Assembly (NCBI GenBank): GCA_964035545.1
Contig: OZ037767.1
Span: forward strand, 24,816,628 to 24,880,627
Direction of reading: 5' to 3'
Length of the DNA: 64,000 nt
Origin: Bugula neritina
Taxonomy: Eukaryota > Animalia > Bryozoa
Shown here: piece after piece, positions 45,149 through 59,223 of the stretch
Layout: every line of letters starts with the position of its first letter
How positions within the stretch are numbered: position 1 is the stretch's first letter
The notes under the pieces: model-generated
Told to the model about the DNA's origin: nothing
The model's database searches: none
Seen by the model: the letters and a program-made list of their open reading frames with translations, nothing else
Program-made: the position numbers and the translations under genes

Positions 45149-46562
45149 GAGCATTACAGGATATGTAGGAGAGTCCATTGGCCTAATGCTATGGGTATAT
45201 TTAGTTGTATTCGGTATTTACAAGTTATTGAAACTGTAAAGCTAACAGGTGCTGCAAGGGTTCAAATCACACAGATAAATTTTATTTAACTCACAATGCT
45301 AAGTAACTCAATTTGATAAACTGAAATAGTTTTCTATGTAAATGTATGTCTTGTCAATTTTTGCTACAAGTTTAGTTCAGATGAAAATATATTATTCTAC
45401 GCTTTTTAAACAAATTCTTTGGCCATTGAAAAAAGCTTCAAAAGAACTTGATTTTGGTGTTTGGAGTTGCGTACTCATGTTTATTTTTACTCCTCTGTTT
45501 ATTATGTAGGTTGGATTACTCTAGTCTTCTTACTGCTGATTTATTAATAAATAAAAATTTTATGTTGAATATTTTCTGCAGTAAGCATTCCATGCTTTCT
45601 TCTTGCCTTATAATCCCATTTCATCAATATAATAACATTGTATAGCAGCATTTTTCATGTCTCACTCAATGTTAATGTCTTGTTGAATTATTGTGTCTAT
45701 GTAAGCATTCAAGCTTTTTGTAGTCTTCCTTTTATCACTATTATTTTTCTGTTACTCTGTGTTGCCAGCTGTTATCATAAACTATTATCATGAATAGTAT
45801 TACTTTTGCATATCATTTCATTATTTAATAAAATCTTCCATTTTTGCACCATACATAAATATTGATAGATATATTGAAGTTTCTACACTAGATCTTCGAA
45901 TTAGATTTTTCGATATAGTCTCAGAACTGATCTGAATATAGTATACTCATGAATTCACCTAGTTTTTACCATTACATGGAAATTATCTTCCAAAGAGTTG
46001 AGTTAATGTATAGTGTATACTATTGTGTTACACAGCAGTTTATGAGGGGAGCCCTATGGCTCAAGACAAGTAGGCATATATTACTGCATTTAGATAAATA
46101 ATGACAATGGCAGGTCTCCATTGTTCATGAACACGTGATCAGTTCGGCCAAGGCCTGATAGAATCCAACTAAACTATAAAAGAAATAATACTGTACTGCC
46201 AGTATATACAAATATTTTTGACTGCTGGTAGCAGCCATCGCTGCTATAAAAAGTAATTCAAAGAGTTCCAATAAGTGACCTAGTGCTAATTGATATATAG
46301 TTGTATAATAGGTCTAGAGATATGAGCATTTGATAGGTCCAATAGTTACAGAGCCTAACTGTGCCTTATGTATAGCTAGCAATGGAGGATATGTGAGAAT
46401 ATACAGCAAATACCAGGCAACCTTCACATATTCTACAAGAACGGTCTATATAATTTAAGAATCAACTGTATTATACACTGCCTATTCAGCGATTAAAACT
46501 AGTTCCACTGCCATAATGTGTGCAACAAACATGTAATATGTAAAGCCTAGTGTAGCTGCCAT

Positions 46563-46770
46563 AGAGAGCAGTGGTGTAGTGGTTAGAGTGCAGGCCTAGC
46601 AAACATGAGGTCAGTGGTTGAGTCCAAACACCATGCAGCAGTGATGTTAGGAAGAGCATCCAGTCGTAATCGCTTCTGGGCCACAATGAATGAATCCTAA
46701 ACCTGCTTTAAAAAGCCCTTTCCATCACGGGTTCTCACAGGGATAGCGACTATAAACTTGCTTGAGTACG
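46563..46770 (+). mobile_element. tRNA-derived SINE
   Basis: A box TGGTGTAGTGG, core GATGTTAGGAAGAGCATCCAGTC, tail shared with the 47619 copy, 8-bp TSD GCTGCCAT (46555-46562 / 46771-46778). Confidence 0.85.
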
Positions 46771-47618
46771 GCTGCCATGACTGCAAGTAGCTGTACAAAA
46801 TGCTGCCAACAAAGCAGATGGAGCATAACTTTTTCCTCATGATGTCTATACATGCGAAGTCTCATGGGGAGCTTAGTTTTAAATTAGGTAAATCCCATTT
46901 CCTGTCTCGGTAAATTATAGAAAAAATAATTGTGACTTCTCCTAGTGGCACATTTCAGAATGTCTTTTCAGGCGAAAATTTTCATAATAAGGTCTTTATT
47001 ACTCTTTGAAGGACATTTTGCTAGTGTGGCTACATATTTTGTCCGAGTAAATTATCCTGCTCTATTTTCACTTCATCTGCAACCTACAGAGAATAATTAT
47101 TATTTCAAATAATACTTTCTTGTTTCATAGAACTGATACACTGAAACTAAAACAATTGGCGCTGATAATGTATTAATTACTATCATTATGTATGCTGTAA
47201 CAAATTAATGGAAATCTATATCAAAATTGTATTGCCGACTGAAGAGATGCTTTGTAGAATCTCAAACTAATTAGACTATTGAGTACAATAGACAGGTGTA
47301 CAGGTGTTTACTTATCAGAGAAGAAAGGAGCACAGCGCGGCAGCAGTGTTTCACTGAGCAACAATTTGTGTTGAATACACCTATAAGGTAATTATATATC
47401 ATACCTATGATATAATCATAAAATATTACTTAGTATATTTATAATATATTCATGAATGATATCTGAAATACAGGTACATTTTTCAATTGTTTTTATCCTG
47501 CGTTTTCAAATTATATAAAAAATTATCTCTAATAAATTAACTGACTATTTAGTGTTTATTGCATTACCCTGACATTATACCATGATGAATATTGTACCAC
47601 CATGTAGTGTTTGGGACA

Positions 47619-47833
47619 GGGAGCAGCCGTGGTCTAGGGGTTTGAGCGTTTGCCTAGTAAACACGAGGTCATGGGTTCGAGCCCGGACAAAGGCCATTGG
47701 TGATGTTAGGAAGAGCATCCAGTCACAATTGCTCCTGTGCCTCATTTAAATAAGTCCTTAGCTCGCTTTAACAAAAACCCTTTCTATCAGGGGTTTCTCA
47801 CAGAGATGGTGACTATAAACTTGCGTGAGTTAT
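47619..47833 (+). mobile_element. tRNA-derived SINE, full length
   Basis: A box TGGTCTAGGGG, B box GGTTCGAGCC, same core and tail, 17-bp TSD ATGTAGTG(T/C)TTGGGACA (47602-47618 / 47834-47850). Confidence 0.9.
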
Positions 47834-48546
47834 ATGTAGTGCTTGGGACATCAGGCTTTTGTAGGAGTTGTAGGCTGTCACAAAACCAATTATAAAATGG
47901 TTACATCTTGTGATGTTAACAGTGGCCAATCAGGTGGAAACAGAGTATATGTACAGATGTTTTGCAACTTCACACTTTTCATTAGAAAGCTCAATAAGAC
48001 TTGCTGATTCTAACCAGCATAAAGTTTATACTCTCTAAAAACATACTTTAATAGGATAAAATTCCTGAAAATGTCTCTTAATTGTGAAAATATTGAATAA
48101 CCCTATACAATGTATTTAACTGGACCCATTGCTCTCCTATGACACAAAATTTATTAAATAAATATTTATTAAATATTTAAATCCATAAATGTTTAATGAT
48201 ATATAGAAGAGTACAGGGTAGCAATAGAATAGGGTTTTGTCTACATTGCAGACTTTTTATCTAAGATCAGATATGCTCTCAGATTATCTGCTGTACTACT
48301 ATCAGATGACCAGCTGATATCAGCAGCAAAATGAGTTTTCTGAGTACTATAATGCCACTAATGCACACTTGTGAAGATTTTGCAGCTTCTTGCAAACATC
48401 TGCAGTTGGTCATCTCATTGGTTAACATTATATATGATTTTAAATCGGACTAGGAGAGGTGAATTTTTTCGCTTGTAAATCAATAGAACTAGACTAATGA
48501 AGTTTCAAATGCTTCAACAAATGTTAAATTACTATTTTAGATAACC

Positions 48547-51500
48547 ATGCCTAGAGCTGTGAGCAAGATACCTCTGCTTAACAGAAAGCAGCTGCCAACG
48601 TCTGACAACTGCTTGACGACAAAACCACATCAAAAATTACCAATAACCTGTATAGGTGCGGAAGACACAGAAACTATGATATCTCAGCAGAAGTTACAGC
48701 AGTCATTGCTACCTCCCAAACATGAGCAGCAACAACTGGATGGCAATAATAATGAGTCACTCAGTCAAAAAGAGACAATGAAGATAGGCTCAGCGGAGGG
48801 TAAGAGCCAATTATCCACATTAGAAACAATAAAACAGGGAAGTGCAGGCACTAAACATAAAACATCATATAAAAGACGGGCAGCTACAAAAAATTCTATC
48901 TCACATTCGAGTTCCGCATCATCCAATATTCAGAAGAAAACATCAAAAACTCAAGAGCCTGAATCATCTGAAGTATTACCAAAACCTAAGCCAAGAAGAA
49001 AGCTAGTTGGAAAACTAAAAAGTGAGAGCAAACTGGTCTCCCAAGAGACAAGTTCTGGTGACACTGAAACAGCAGTGCTGGAAGCCAGCAAGTTAAAACA
49101 ACACAACACTACAACAAAATCTCAATGGTCCCACATTGTGAAGAAATCTCAAATACACAGGCATCAACTACAAAGGAATAGAGTTAGACCTTTAAAAAAG
49201 AGAGAACTTTCAAAAAGAAGAAAATCTGAATATTCCATAGAAAATACATGGCTTCCTCGTGAGCCTGTAGATGCCAACACCATTTCTCAGAAAACATCTA
49301 CACCAAAAAAGATTAAATCTATTAGTAGAGGAAAAAGCAATAAATTGAAAGAAAGCAAATTGAGCTTAGCATCACCAGATCTCAATGAGGGTATTGATAC
49401 TGATGATATACATATAACAGATAAACCAATATTATCAGAAGAGAACGTGATGATTGAATTAAAAATCAGCAGCAGCAGATTAGACAAAAGGCAAGGAGTA
49501 GATCATATAACAAACCAAGGTGCGTCCCCTGTATGTGTAACACTAAAACTCTAGTGAACACTAATTTTCTCTATGAATCACATGAACAGTCTGTTCATTT
49601 ATAAAAATGCTTTTGGTGTTAACTTATAAGTAATATTTGTAACTGAGTTTTCCACAATTTCATCATAGTAAACTCTTGTGGGTTTAAAATTGTCCCTGTC
49701 AGAACCTCCGACAGAAAAAGGGCTTTTTTAAGCGGGCTAAAAAATTGATTTCTATTGTGACAACATTTATATATATTACTCCAGTAGGTATAACAAATAA
49801 GTTGAACTTTTAGGTGGAGAAAATTTAGCCAAAACTGTGATTCACATACAATTATTGACTTTTCCCACTAAAGCAACAATAGCACATTGTATTGAGCATA
49901 AATAATGGTAAATACTCCCACTGTCAAAGATCGGATATATTCAGAGGCACAATGTATGTACAACTTTCCTGAGAATAGTAAATGCTTGGATCAATGGTTT
50001 ACAGCTGAAATTGTCTGTTTATTTGTTTCTTGGTGCAAGCACACTCATATAAGTTTACAAAGTTATGGGGGTATTGCAATTTGTTGCAATTAGTATGTAT
50101 GTTTCCATATAGTGCAACAGCTTTCAGACTCTGAAAAAGGAAGATATTTTAAAGTATTAGACGGCCTGAAAACTGAAATATTGAGAATTAGTTTTAGCTT
50201 TACCATTGAGATTTACTTTGCTTATTTAAATGGTGGCGAAAAAGTTGAAAATAGAATCAAATTTTCAAAAAAATAATGATTTACATAACAATAAATAGTT
50301 TGGCAGTTCATTTGCATCTCATAATTTGATGAAGCAGATCAATAACTCGGACATTATCTGTATGTAATCGTTCATTGGTTCTCTACAAACAATTGGCAAT
50401 ATCGTGCAAATGTTGTGACTATTGATAAACTATATCAATAATAGGTCTACTGGGATTAATAACAATAACTTAAAAAATATCACTGTATTTGCTTTGTTTC
50501 AAATGATATTCACCATGCTGTTACTATTAGATACTCCACAGAAACACCAAACATTGCAACACAAATCAACGAAAATAAATGCATATATTTTGAAAATATA
50601 TCCGTAACTTTCCAATTTATAATGCGATCTGTGATAGAAATAAGATGGTTATTTGTGTATATGTGTACTTTACTGTTTGAAAATTTAAATAAACCCCTGG
50701 TGAAGAACTGAAAAAGGCACATAGGCAAGCTAAATCTATACTGTTGTCTAAACACTAATGAATAAAAAATGAAAAAATACAAAAAATTAGTGTTTTGAAA
50801 AGCTACTTTCAATAAGTTACAAAAGAAATTATAATAGGTCACAGATTTAAACTCTACAAAACTATTTTTCTGTGATTTTGGAGTTGAAGTGACAGTGATT
50901 TATGGTTTTTTTTTCAGGAAAAGACTCTAAAAGTAAACCTTTGTCAGCAAAAGATTCAGATCAAGCAACCAAGACTCAAGCAACATATTCTAGTCCTAAA
51001 CCAAGTAGCTATCACAAGCTCTCAAGTTCGCCCAAATCACATAACAGAGACCGAGGGACTACTCACATCAACCAAATCAACGTAGCAGACTTTGCAAAAC
51101 TGAATGTCAAAGTAACAAAACCAACAGAGCCGGCACCACTAAATCACAATATTACAGATTACCAGTACAGAGTGAGCATGGTTAAGTTCAAAGGAGCAAG
51201 TAACAGTGTTCCCAACTATAATGAAAAGCAAGAAAACATTAAAAAAACAGTTGCACAAAATGATGCTTTGTTGTCCAACTCAAGCAAAGTCAGAAAGAAA
51301 GATCTTAAGTCTATAAAAGTTAGCAAAATCGAGCCGATACCACCAGATAGATTGTCACTCTTGGTTCCCACAACATTGCCACAAGGAAACAAATTCATGA
51401 ACTTGTTGATAGATGACAGAAAATGGGATCAGATGAGCAATAGTAGCAAAAGCACTTTAGAAAGTACCCTGCCCCGCCTTCACTATGACAGTCCTACACC

Positions 51501-52149
51501 TTTCCAGAGACAAGGTAATGGTGATGATGAAATGGCAGGTGAGATTACTATTGCTGTGCCACAATTACCACACCTTATCGCTAACAATAGAACGACTAGG
51601 CAGCCTGGCGGTAGCAAAAAACAAACTGAAAACAATTTAGAAACCAACAACGAACAACATGTAGACACCAACCTACATATTGAGGAGGAGCCAACAGTTA
51701 TAATAACCAATGAGGGAGGAACACATGTCAACAAAGAAGTGGCTGATGGAACAAGAGACGGCTGGGAGAGCGGATATCAGAGCATAACTCCTCGTCTAAG
51801 TGTAGACTCGAGATCTCACGCCCTAATGCCAGGTGCTGCTTTACATCTGGACATTCCAACTGAACACAGGTCAATGACCCCCTTTAGCAGCATAACTCTG
51901 TCTACTTATATTGACCAATCAAGACCAAGTTCAACACACCTGGATGTACCTAGCAACGGAGGAGACAATTCAGATTCGTACTCTCGGAAAATATCTTTAG
52001 AAACTAGGTCAAGTGTAAGTAAACTACCAGCAATTCATAGCAGAAATGATAATTATGAGTCAATGGATGATCGAACGCTTTACTTTACGCCACTAACTAT
52101 ACAGAGTATAAGGACTCCAGACCCTGAAATCAGCGATGAGAATGAATAA
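48547..52149 (+). CDS. uncharacterised K/S/T-rich, probably disordered protein (~734 aa, two large coding exons)
   Basis: Exons 48547-49519 and 50918-52149 join in frame (phase 1, GT-AG). Long ORFs in AT-rich DNA; acceptor at 48540; AATAAA at 52281; no domain recognised. Confidence 0.7.
49672..49740 (-). mobile_element. 3' tail fragment of the same SINE family
   Basis: The reverse complement resembles the tail AAAAAGCCCTTT...GGTTCT.ACAGGGA..TAAAC at 46705-46765. Confidence 0.55.
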
Positions 52150-52554
52150 TATTTAGCCAAATGTTTCTAAACTACTCTAAGTGTATGTATGCATTAGCTT
52201 GATTTTAATAGAAATACCACTATTACCATTGTATATACATGTTTATTATAGAAAGTACTATTTACATAGAATCATTTGGAAATAAAATGTACATTGACAT
52301 CAGCTACAATACATAAAAAAATCGAGTAACACTTAAAAATGACATTTCAGAATCAGATCAAGTATAAAAATTCCAAATCAATGTTTTAGAGCTCTATGGG
52401 CTCCATAAGAACAAATACATGCATTTATGGTGTGTGCCCAGAGAGGTCATTGTGCCATCATATCCACTATCCAAGCAGCAGGCGATATCACAGCTGTGAC
52501 ATGAAAACTCTAAATCCTAGTTAATGAGATCTTACAACAAAGTCATTCGACACA

Positions 52555-55500
52555 CTACCTTTTCTCTAACTTTGGTTTTGGAGGACGAAATCCTCCTTTA
52601 GCCTTTTTGCCTTTAGCCTTATTAAATGTCCTCCAGCTGTCCACCCTATTAGTTCTAGACTCCTAAAAAGCGCCAACACACTTGTGTTAAAACATGCAAT
52701 TAAATATTTACTTTTTTACATTATATCAACGAGCTTGCTTGCAAACTAATTTGATTAGACAATATTTGTGTCATAACCAATACCCAGGCCCAGCACTGAT
52801 TGCAGAAAGCTACAGACACTAAACTTGTAAAGTAAGTAGAAAGAAAAGGTGCTATCTTCACTGTATAATCTGATTTAACTGCTTCTGCTTTCCAATCAAA
52901 ATATTATCTGATGATGCCTAACCTCGAAATTTTTATTCCATTCCTTCTGAATCTTAGCATCTTCAGCGGCTTCTTGTTCCTCTTCAGCTTTTCTCTTCCT
53001 GTAACAGCCAACAGAGCACATTTATTGTCGGAAATTATCACCACGCGTAAATAAGCCACCAGAGATACTTGGAATACCCGTCATAATACTAGAATTCAAT
53101 TCAGTTAAATAAGTGAATATAAAGATGATTATTTATCTGTCCAGAACTATTATCCAAGTATTCCAAATATTATATTTTCATGGATCCAAAAGATGGTGAT
53201 GCTATTTAACCAACGCAAGGTGCATTTTTGTTATTTAGTTTTCTACAAAGAAGTTTTTATATAGTTGAAGGATACACAGCCACTATGCACAGGCTGAGCT
53301 TAAGAGACAAGGTTATAGCTTTCAACAAATAATGCTGTCTGATTGTGGAGCAGAGAAATACCAACTCATTGAAACTACTAACTTCTACTACTGGCTATCA
53401 GCCAGCAACAAACCAGTTACTACTAATTAATAAACTACTTACCAACCACTACTAGTTACTAACTGCTACTAAGTACTAACCAGCACCCACTGAAGAGTTA
53501 CTAACTGGTAGCAACTAAAAAATAACTGCTACTAAATGCTACTAACCAATTACTAACTACATACTAACTGTCACCTACTTAAGAGTTACTAACTAGTTAC
53601 TAAGTAATAGTAACTAATTACTAGCTGGCACCCTGGCACCTACTTCCAAGTTACTAACTAGTGGTAACGAATTACTAGCTGGCAACTACTTCAAAGTTAC
53701 TAACTAGTATAAACTAATTACTAGCTAGCATCTACTTCAAAGCTACTAACTGCTACTAACATGCTGCTATATACTAACTTTTCATGCATATCACGAGCTT
53801 CTTTTTCCTGACGCAACCTTTCAAGATCAGCAAACAGCTTGCACATGTGAACATAAACAGCGTGTTTAAACTTTTCTGGGTCCTCTTCTTCTGGAACTTT
53901 CTGCTCTTTACCTTCTTTCTTCAACTGTTTTTTCTTACTCTTGATCTGTGACCAAATAAATATATTTATAAGTAATGAATAAATATAAGGATTACTTTAT
54001 TGTAAAATGTCAAACCAACTGGATTGGATATAATTGACTATTTAGTTTTTATTTGAGTTTTTACATTACTATTTATTTGGCAGTATAAAACATACAAACA
54101 ATTCTCTTCTTCAGCATAACTTTGAAAATAAACAAAAAAGCCAGTTTTACAGCATTATCATAAGAGTAGGAGAGAGACTGAAAATAACAATAGTAGAGTT
54201 TTTCCCTCCTATTACTACATATAACAAGAGAGCATAACTCTCATTCTACTGCTTCATTTTTTGTTAGAAATGTTTATGAACTACACTACACTCCAGCCAT
54301 TTTGATTTTGATAATATTATACAAATTTGAAAATAGCCAGGCACAGGACTCTTAAAATACAATAACTTTTCAAAAACTTGCCATCCATCATTATTGCTTT
54401 CATAATTTTTTAATCGACAAGTAATAAAAAATAATTCAAGTAAGATCCTCATTTGAACATTCAGCGAATTATTTGGTGAGTTTTCTTCATTCACACTGCA
54501 CATTATTACATAAATAGTGTAAATGGTACAGGTATGTATAGTCAGGTGAGAAGTGTGTAGATGCATGTATATCTAGTTCCACGAATAGCAATATTAAAAA
54601 ACTGTTTAAAACTAATGAGTTATAGCATGTCACTAGACACCAAGTTGACTTTCTCAAAAGAACAGGGCTTCAGAGTTCTTTGTATTAGAGTGGGAACTTA
54701 CCAAATTGTCAGTTTTCTGCTTGGCTTCTTCCACAATTTCCTGGCATCTTTTAAAACCTTCTTCGTTGTTGAGTGTTTTATAAGCTTTGTTCACAGCTTC
54801 AAACGCTTTCTGTGCTCTCTCGGAATCATCAACATTCTTATCAGGATGCACAAGTATTGACATCTGAATATGACACAGCACACATCAGATACAACCAATC
54901 AGTGAGAACACACATCAGATACAACCAATCAGTGCGAATACAAGCCGTGTGGTACATTTACACTAACAAACGAGCTTCAAATTTTCAGACATGAGAAGGA
55001 CAATGCTTGAACATTTTATTTACAGAAAATGTTTATATTCTTTGAATAATTATGCTTGTGCCTTCAGAAAATCTTAGAGTCTAGAAATGTTCATAAGGCA
55101 ATATTATTCTTTTTAAAAAACACTAATTATTGTATAATGTATAGCAATGACTAATACCAAAACATATTCAGCCTGTTAATTGTAATTTAAGTAATTGAAT
55201 CCTAAACAAAATTTACAATAAACTCAACACACTCATTTTATACTTATAGTGAAAATATTTATATGATTGCAGAATACAATAAAAAAGTAAACAAGAAGTG
55301 GTTATAGATACAGTTTCAAGACTATAAAAAAAAAAATTAGAGCTCAACTTTTGAATGAGTACAGAGAAAATCATACCCTACGGTATTTCTGTTTAATTTC
55401 AGTCAGTGACGCGTCGTATGGCAGATCCAACACCTGAATTGAAACATATCAAACATCAGCCACAGTACTTCTACATTAAACTACTCATATAATCAAAATA

Positions 55501-57811
55501 AATACCAATAATGAGGTGAGCTTGTTTATATTATACATTAGCATTGATCAAGAAAATTAATATGCAATAGAAATAATGGAAACCATTATGCAACATTGGA
55601 AATTCCTGGGTTCTCTTGCCACATGAATAACTTATACAATGCCACTCAAACTTTGACAAGTTTTTCTCAATAAGATACTTTCCAAAAAAACTAAACTGTT
55701 CCAACTGCAAGTTAAACTTATGTGTTTGTACCATGCAACTGCATAAATACTTGCAATAGAAATTATTTACTATTGTAAAAACTCACATCATATGGATTTA
55801 GGTTAAAATATGTGCATCCAGCACGGAGTAATCTGTCTATTTGTTGTTTTGGAGTAAGAACAGAATCTCTCTGCTCAATTGCTTTGACCTGAAAGTAAAG
55901 TGAAAAACATTGTAAGTCTTAACAAACAACTGCTAGGATCTTGAGTCTTATTATACTTAAGAATAAAACCGTCTAACTTAATTGAACACAGTTGGTCTTG
56001 TGACTTCATCATGACTTGATGCGGAACTTAAAATTGTAACTCGAATTCCAACTTTTAATTTGGCTGACAAACTCAGTTCCTATACTTGCTGTTACTGTAA
56101 GTTTTAGTGTAACACCAAGTAAACTACTTAAAACCAAGTAGTATTTAGCTTAATACCAAATAGACTACTTGAACTAAATAATCTTGAATATCTTGAATAC
56201 ATTCATAGTAGTATTGGTTAGTTTTTCAAATCAAAGTTAAATTGCATTACAAAGTAAAAATTTCTTATATATTAAATTTAACAATAACTTTAAATTTTAT
56301 TTAATTAGATTTGAACTTTAATACATTTAATACTTTTATATTAAAGCTAATAGTTGATCATATTCATAACACATGTCAGATGTTTGATGAGGCTTAAATA
56401 ATATAACAATCAAGTTGAACTCTATTATTTAATTAAACATTCAATAAATTAACTTTTTATTTTATAATTTTATTCTTTAAAAGCAAGTTCCTTAAATTTT
56501 ATTAAATAATAATTAAGTAGCCTGTTATTAAGTAGTGTGGAGTGAGCACTCATCAAACTCACTATTGACTATCATAACTTGTTGGAGGTTAGCCTGGTAG
56601 TGTAGTGAATAAAACTCATTTTAAGTTGTTAAGCAAATTGATGTTTTAAAAGTGCAAACCACAAGAAAAAACATGCTACTATATTGAACAATCTAAATTA
56701 AGATAGAAGTTTACATTTAACTTCAGGTTCAAAATGTCATAAAAGTTCAAATTTATATCAAACTAAAATTACCAATATTCAATAAGTAATCACTAATATC
56801 AAACATAAGTTCAATGCCCAGAACACATGGTTGGTGGTCTACAAAAAATATTTAATCATCAGTACCAATCATTATTAACATTATAGTTCATTATCATCAC
56901 TTTAAGTTTATGTGTTATCATTGAACATGATTATTACTCATTACTAAGAACTGAATACATATTTAAAATAGTTAATATAAAACTAGTATTAGATAAAAGT
57001 ATTAAGTACATTTAATAATTCTGTTCACCAAACGAGGCACTAATTTAGTGGTCTAATGTGATTGCATCTTCAAGTAAGTCAAGTAAGTAAGCCAGTATAA
57101 ACAATAAATATGCTAATACTTAGAAGTTTAAAGTGGTATATAACTGTTGTTTACATTTAATCTTAGATGGCACCCATAGCCATAATCATAATGTAAGTAA
57201 TGGCCTAACAGTTGGACTTGGAGGATCGAGCTCTGATATAGCATAGACTAAATTATGACCTATGAGTTTGATACATCATTACATGGCAAGAGCGATTGCC
57301 AATTTATTTTCAAGCCTATTGGCATTGGTGATCGTGATGTCAGAAAAGGTATTCAAATATTCCGTATTCGGTATTCACCCTTGCCCATTTGGTCATATAC
57401 AAATTGAAATTGCACCTGTGTTACTTTTAAAATCCCGGTTTCCCCATTAAATTTAATTATTAATGAGTCACAATTTTTATCCCGCAAATTTTTCATGAGC
57501 ACATTTATAGAAATAGAAGCTTGCAAGTTTCAAGTTTAATTTCAACTAACGTAAAATGAACATTGTGGTACTGATTCACTTTCAGATCACGATTCACTGA
57601 TCAGATTCAGTGATTGAGTTTGATTGCATGAGCGTTTTTATATCTAATGTAATACCTCTTCATAAAACGAATCAAACGTTTCTCCACCTGTAGATGAACC
57701 AGGTTGAGGTTCTACAACATCAGTTGCATCTTTCTTGTCGGTTAAAAGCTCTTTTTCATTATGATTAATGGGCAAGCTTTCTGTTGCCGTTGGAGGTTCA
57801 ACATCGGCCAT
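52555..57811 (-). CDS. DNAJC8: DnaJ homolog subfamily C member 8
   Basis: Exons: 57811-57656, 55888-55787 (VKAIEQRDSVLTPKQQIDRLLRAGCTYFNLNPYD), 55433-55377, 54863-54702 (SILVHPDKN..RAQKAFEAVNKAY), 53945-53779, 52998-52923, 52662-52555 (ESRTNRVDSWR..FRPPKPKLEKR*). Confidence 0.95.
53370..53775. repeat. degenerate (ACT/AACT)-rich simple sequence in a DNAJC8 intron
   Basis: Recurrent TACTAAC / ACTAG / GTTACTAACTAG units. Confidence 0.8.
54880..54938. repeat. 30-bp tandem duplication
   Basis: ACACATCAGATACAACCAATCAGTG x2. Confidence 0.85.
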
Positions 57812-59223
57812 ACTTTTTTAGTAGACTAAATTCCTGAGTTTGCGATAAATCCTCTACGCTAGTTTACGACACTCTGTGTAATGTCTCTTCCAAGCATTGA
57901 AAAAGAAGAAAAACTTTTATAGCTTAAGTCAAGGTTGCGTTGCGATTGCGCAACTTAAAGAGTCGTTAGAAGTAGCATCGAGTTGGGAGTGACTGCGTAC
58001 AGTGTTGGTGTCCGATATCGAAATCTCAAACTCCAAATTCAAGACCATAAACCACTGCACTCAGTCATTCCTGACTTGGTGCTGTTTCAAGCGATTCTCG
58101 GCAAAAAATATCTCGCGACTTATGACTATCAACGCAAATAATTATAATGTTGTTGAAATTGATCGTCAACTTCCTTCATCATCGTGATTTAATTTATTAC
58201 AAATATATGACACCGGTGAAACCGAAACTGGCAAATAAAACGAGTAGTAGTCATCGGTTCCTATCACTTCAAGTGATTCCACATATCTAAGTAGACTGAG
58301 ACTCGGGCTGCCACTGTTGCACTTTTAGTTTTAGTTTTTTACTCTTGAACTTGAAGTTGGAGCTTTATTCTTTGTATATAAACTAAAACTCAAAGTCAAA
58401 CTGAAGTCTGAACGTTTTAGAGTTTAAAGTTATAAATTTAGAAGTTGAAATTAAAAGTAAAACTTTAACCTAAAAGTTAGAGTATAATAAATATAATATT
58501 ATCACCATGTATATTAATATTCACTCAATATAATATTGTATTTATATTATAATTTAAATTATATATTAAATTTAATATTGTCTAAATGTCATACTCATCG
58601 TGAAGCATTGTGTTATAACTATAAGTATATATTATAATTATTATTCTTATATACTATAATTATTATTACATTTTATTTATTGTAATACTATTAGTATTAG
58701 TAATATCATTATGATTATGATTATGAATTATATTATTTAATTAATGTTGTTATTATATATATTTATATTTATATTGTTATTATACTAATAGTAATACTCT
58801 AATAGTAATAGTAATAGTAATACTAATATTTATAGTCATATTTATATTATACTAATGCTTAGTCTTACCTTTATGAATCTGGGATTAATTATAGATCTCA
58901 GGCCTTCCAGCTGCCACCACAATAAACATAGCACATATCTATGCTGCTATAGTATTAAAAGTAATTTATAATTACTTATTCTCCTGAAATGGTAACTAAC
59001 TTCAATGCACTACGTCCTAGTGCAAACAATTGTTTTGACAATGTAAAACTAGCACATTATTTCTCAAATCTAAATGGTTCTTTAAAACGTGATGCTTGTT
59101 TTCAAACGGTGATTGTTGTATGTATAATATATCCTCGATAAGGGTAAATCAATTTTTTTTCATCAGTACTTTGGTTTGTTATAGCAACTTTGGTGAATTA
59201 GTGCCTACAAATTGCTATTAAAG
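57812..59223. promoter_or_regulatory. probable divergent promoter region DNAJC8 / PGD
   Basis: Start codons are head-to-head 1.4 kb apart, with a CpG-retaining island at ~57840-58320. Confidence 0.55.

Noticed and set aside
47619-47695. Possible tRNA gene
   Set aside because: There is no proper acceptor stem, and it continues into a repeated core and tail bounded by a TSD, so it is a SINE.
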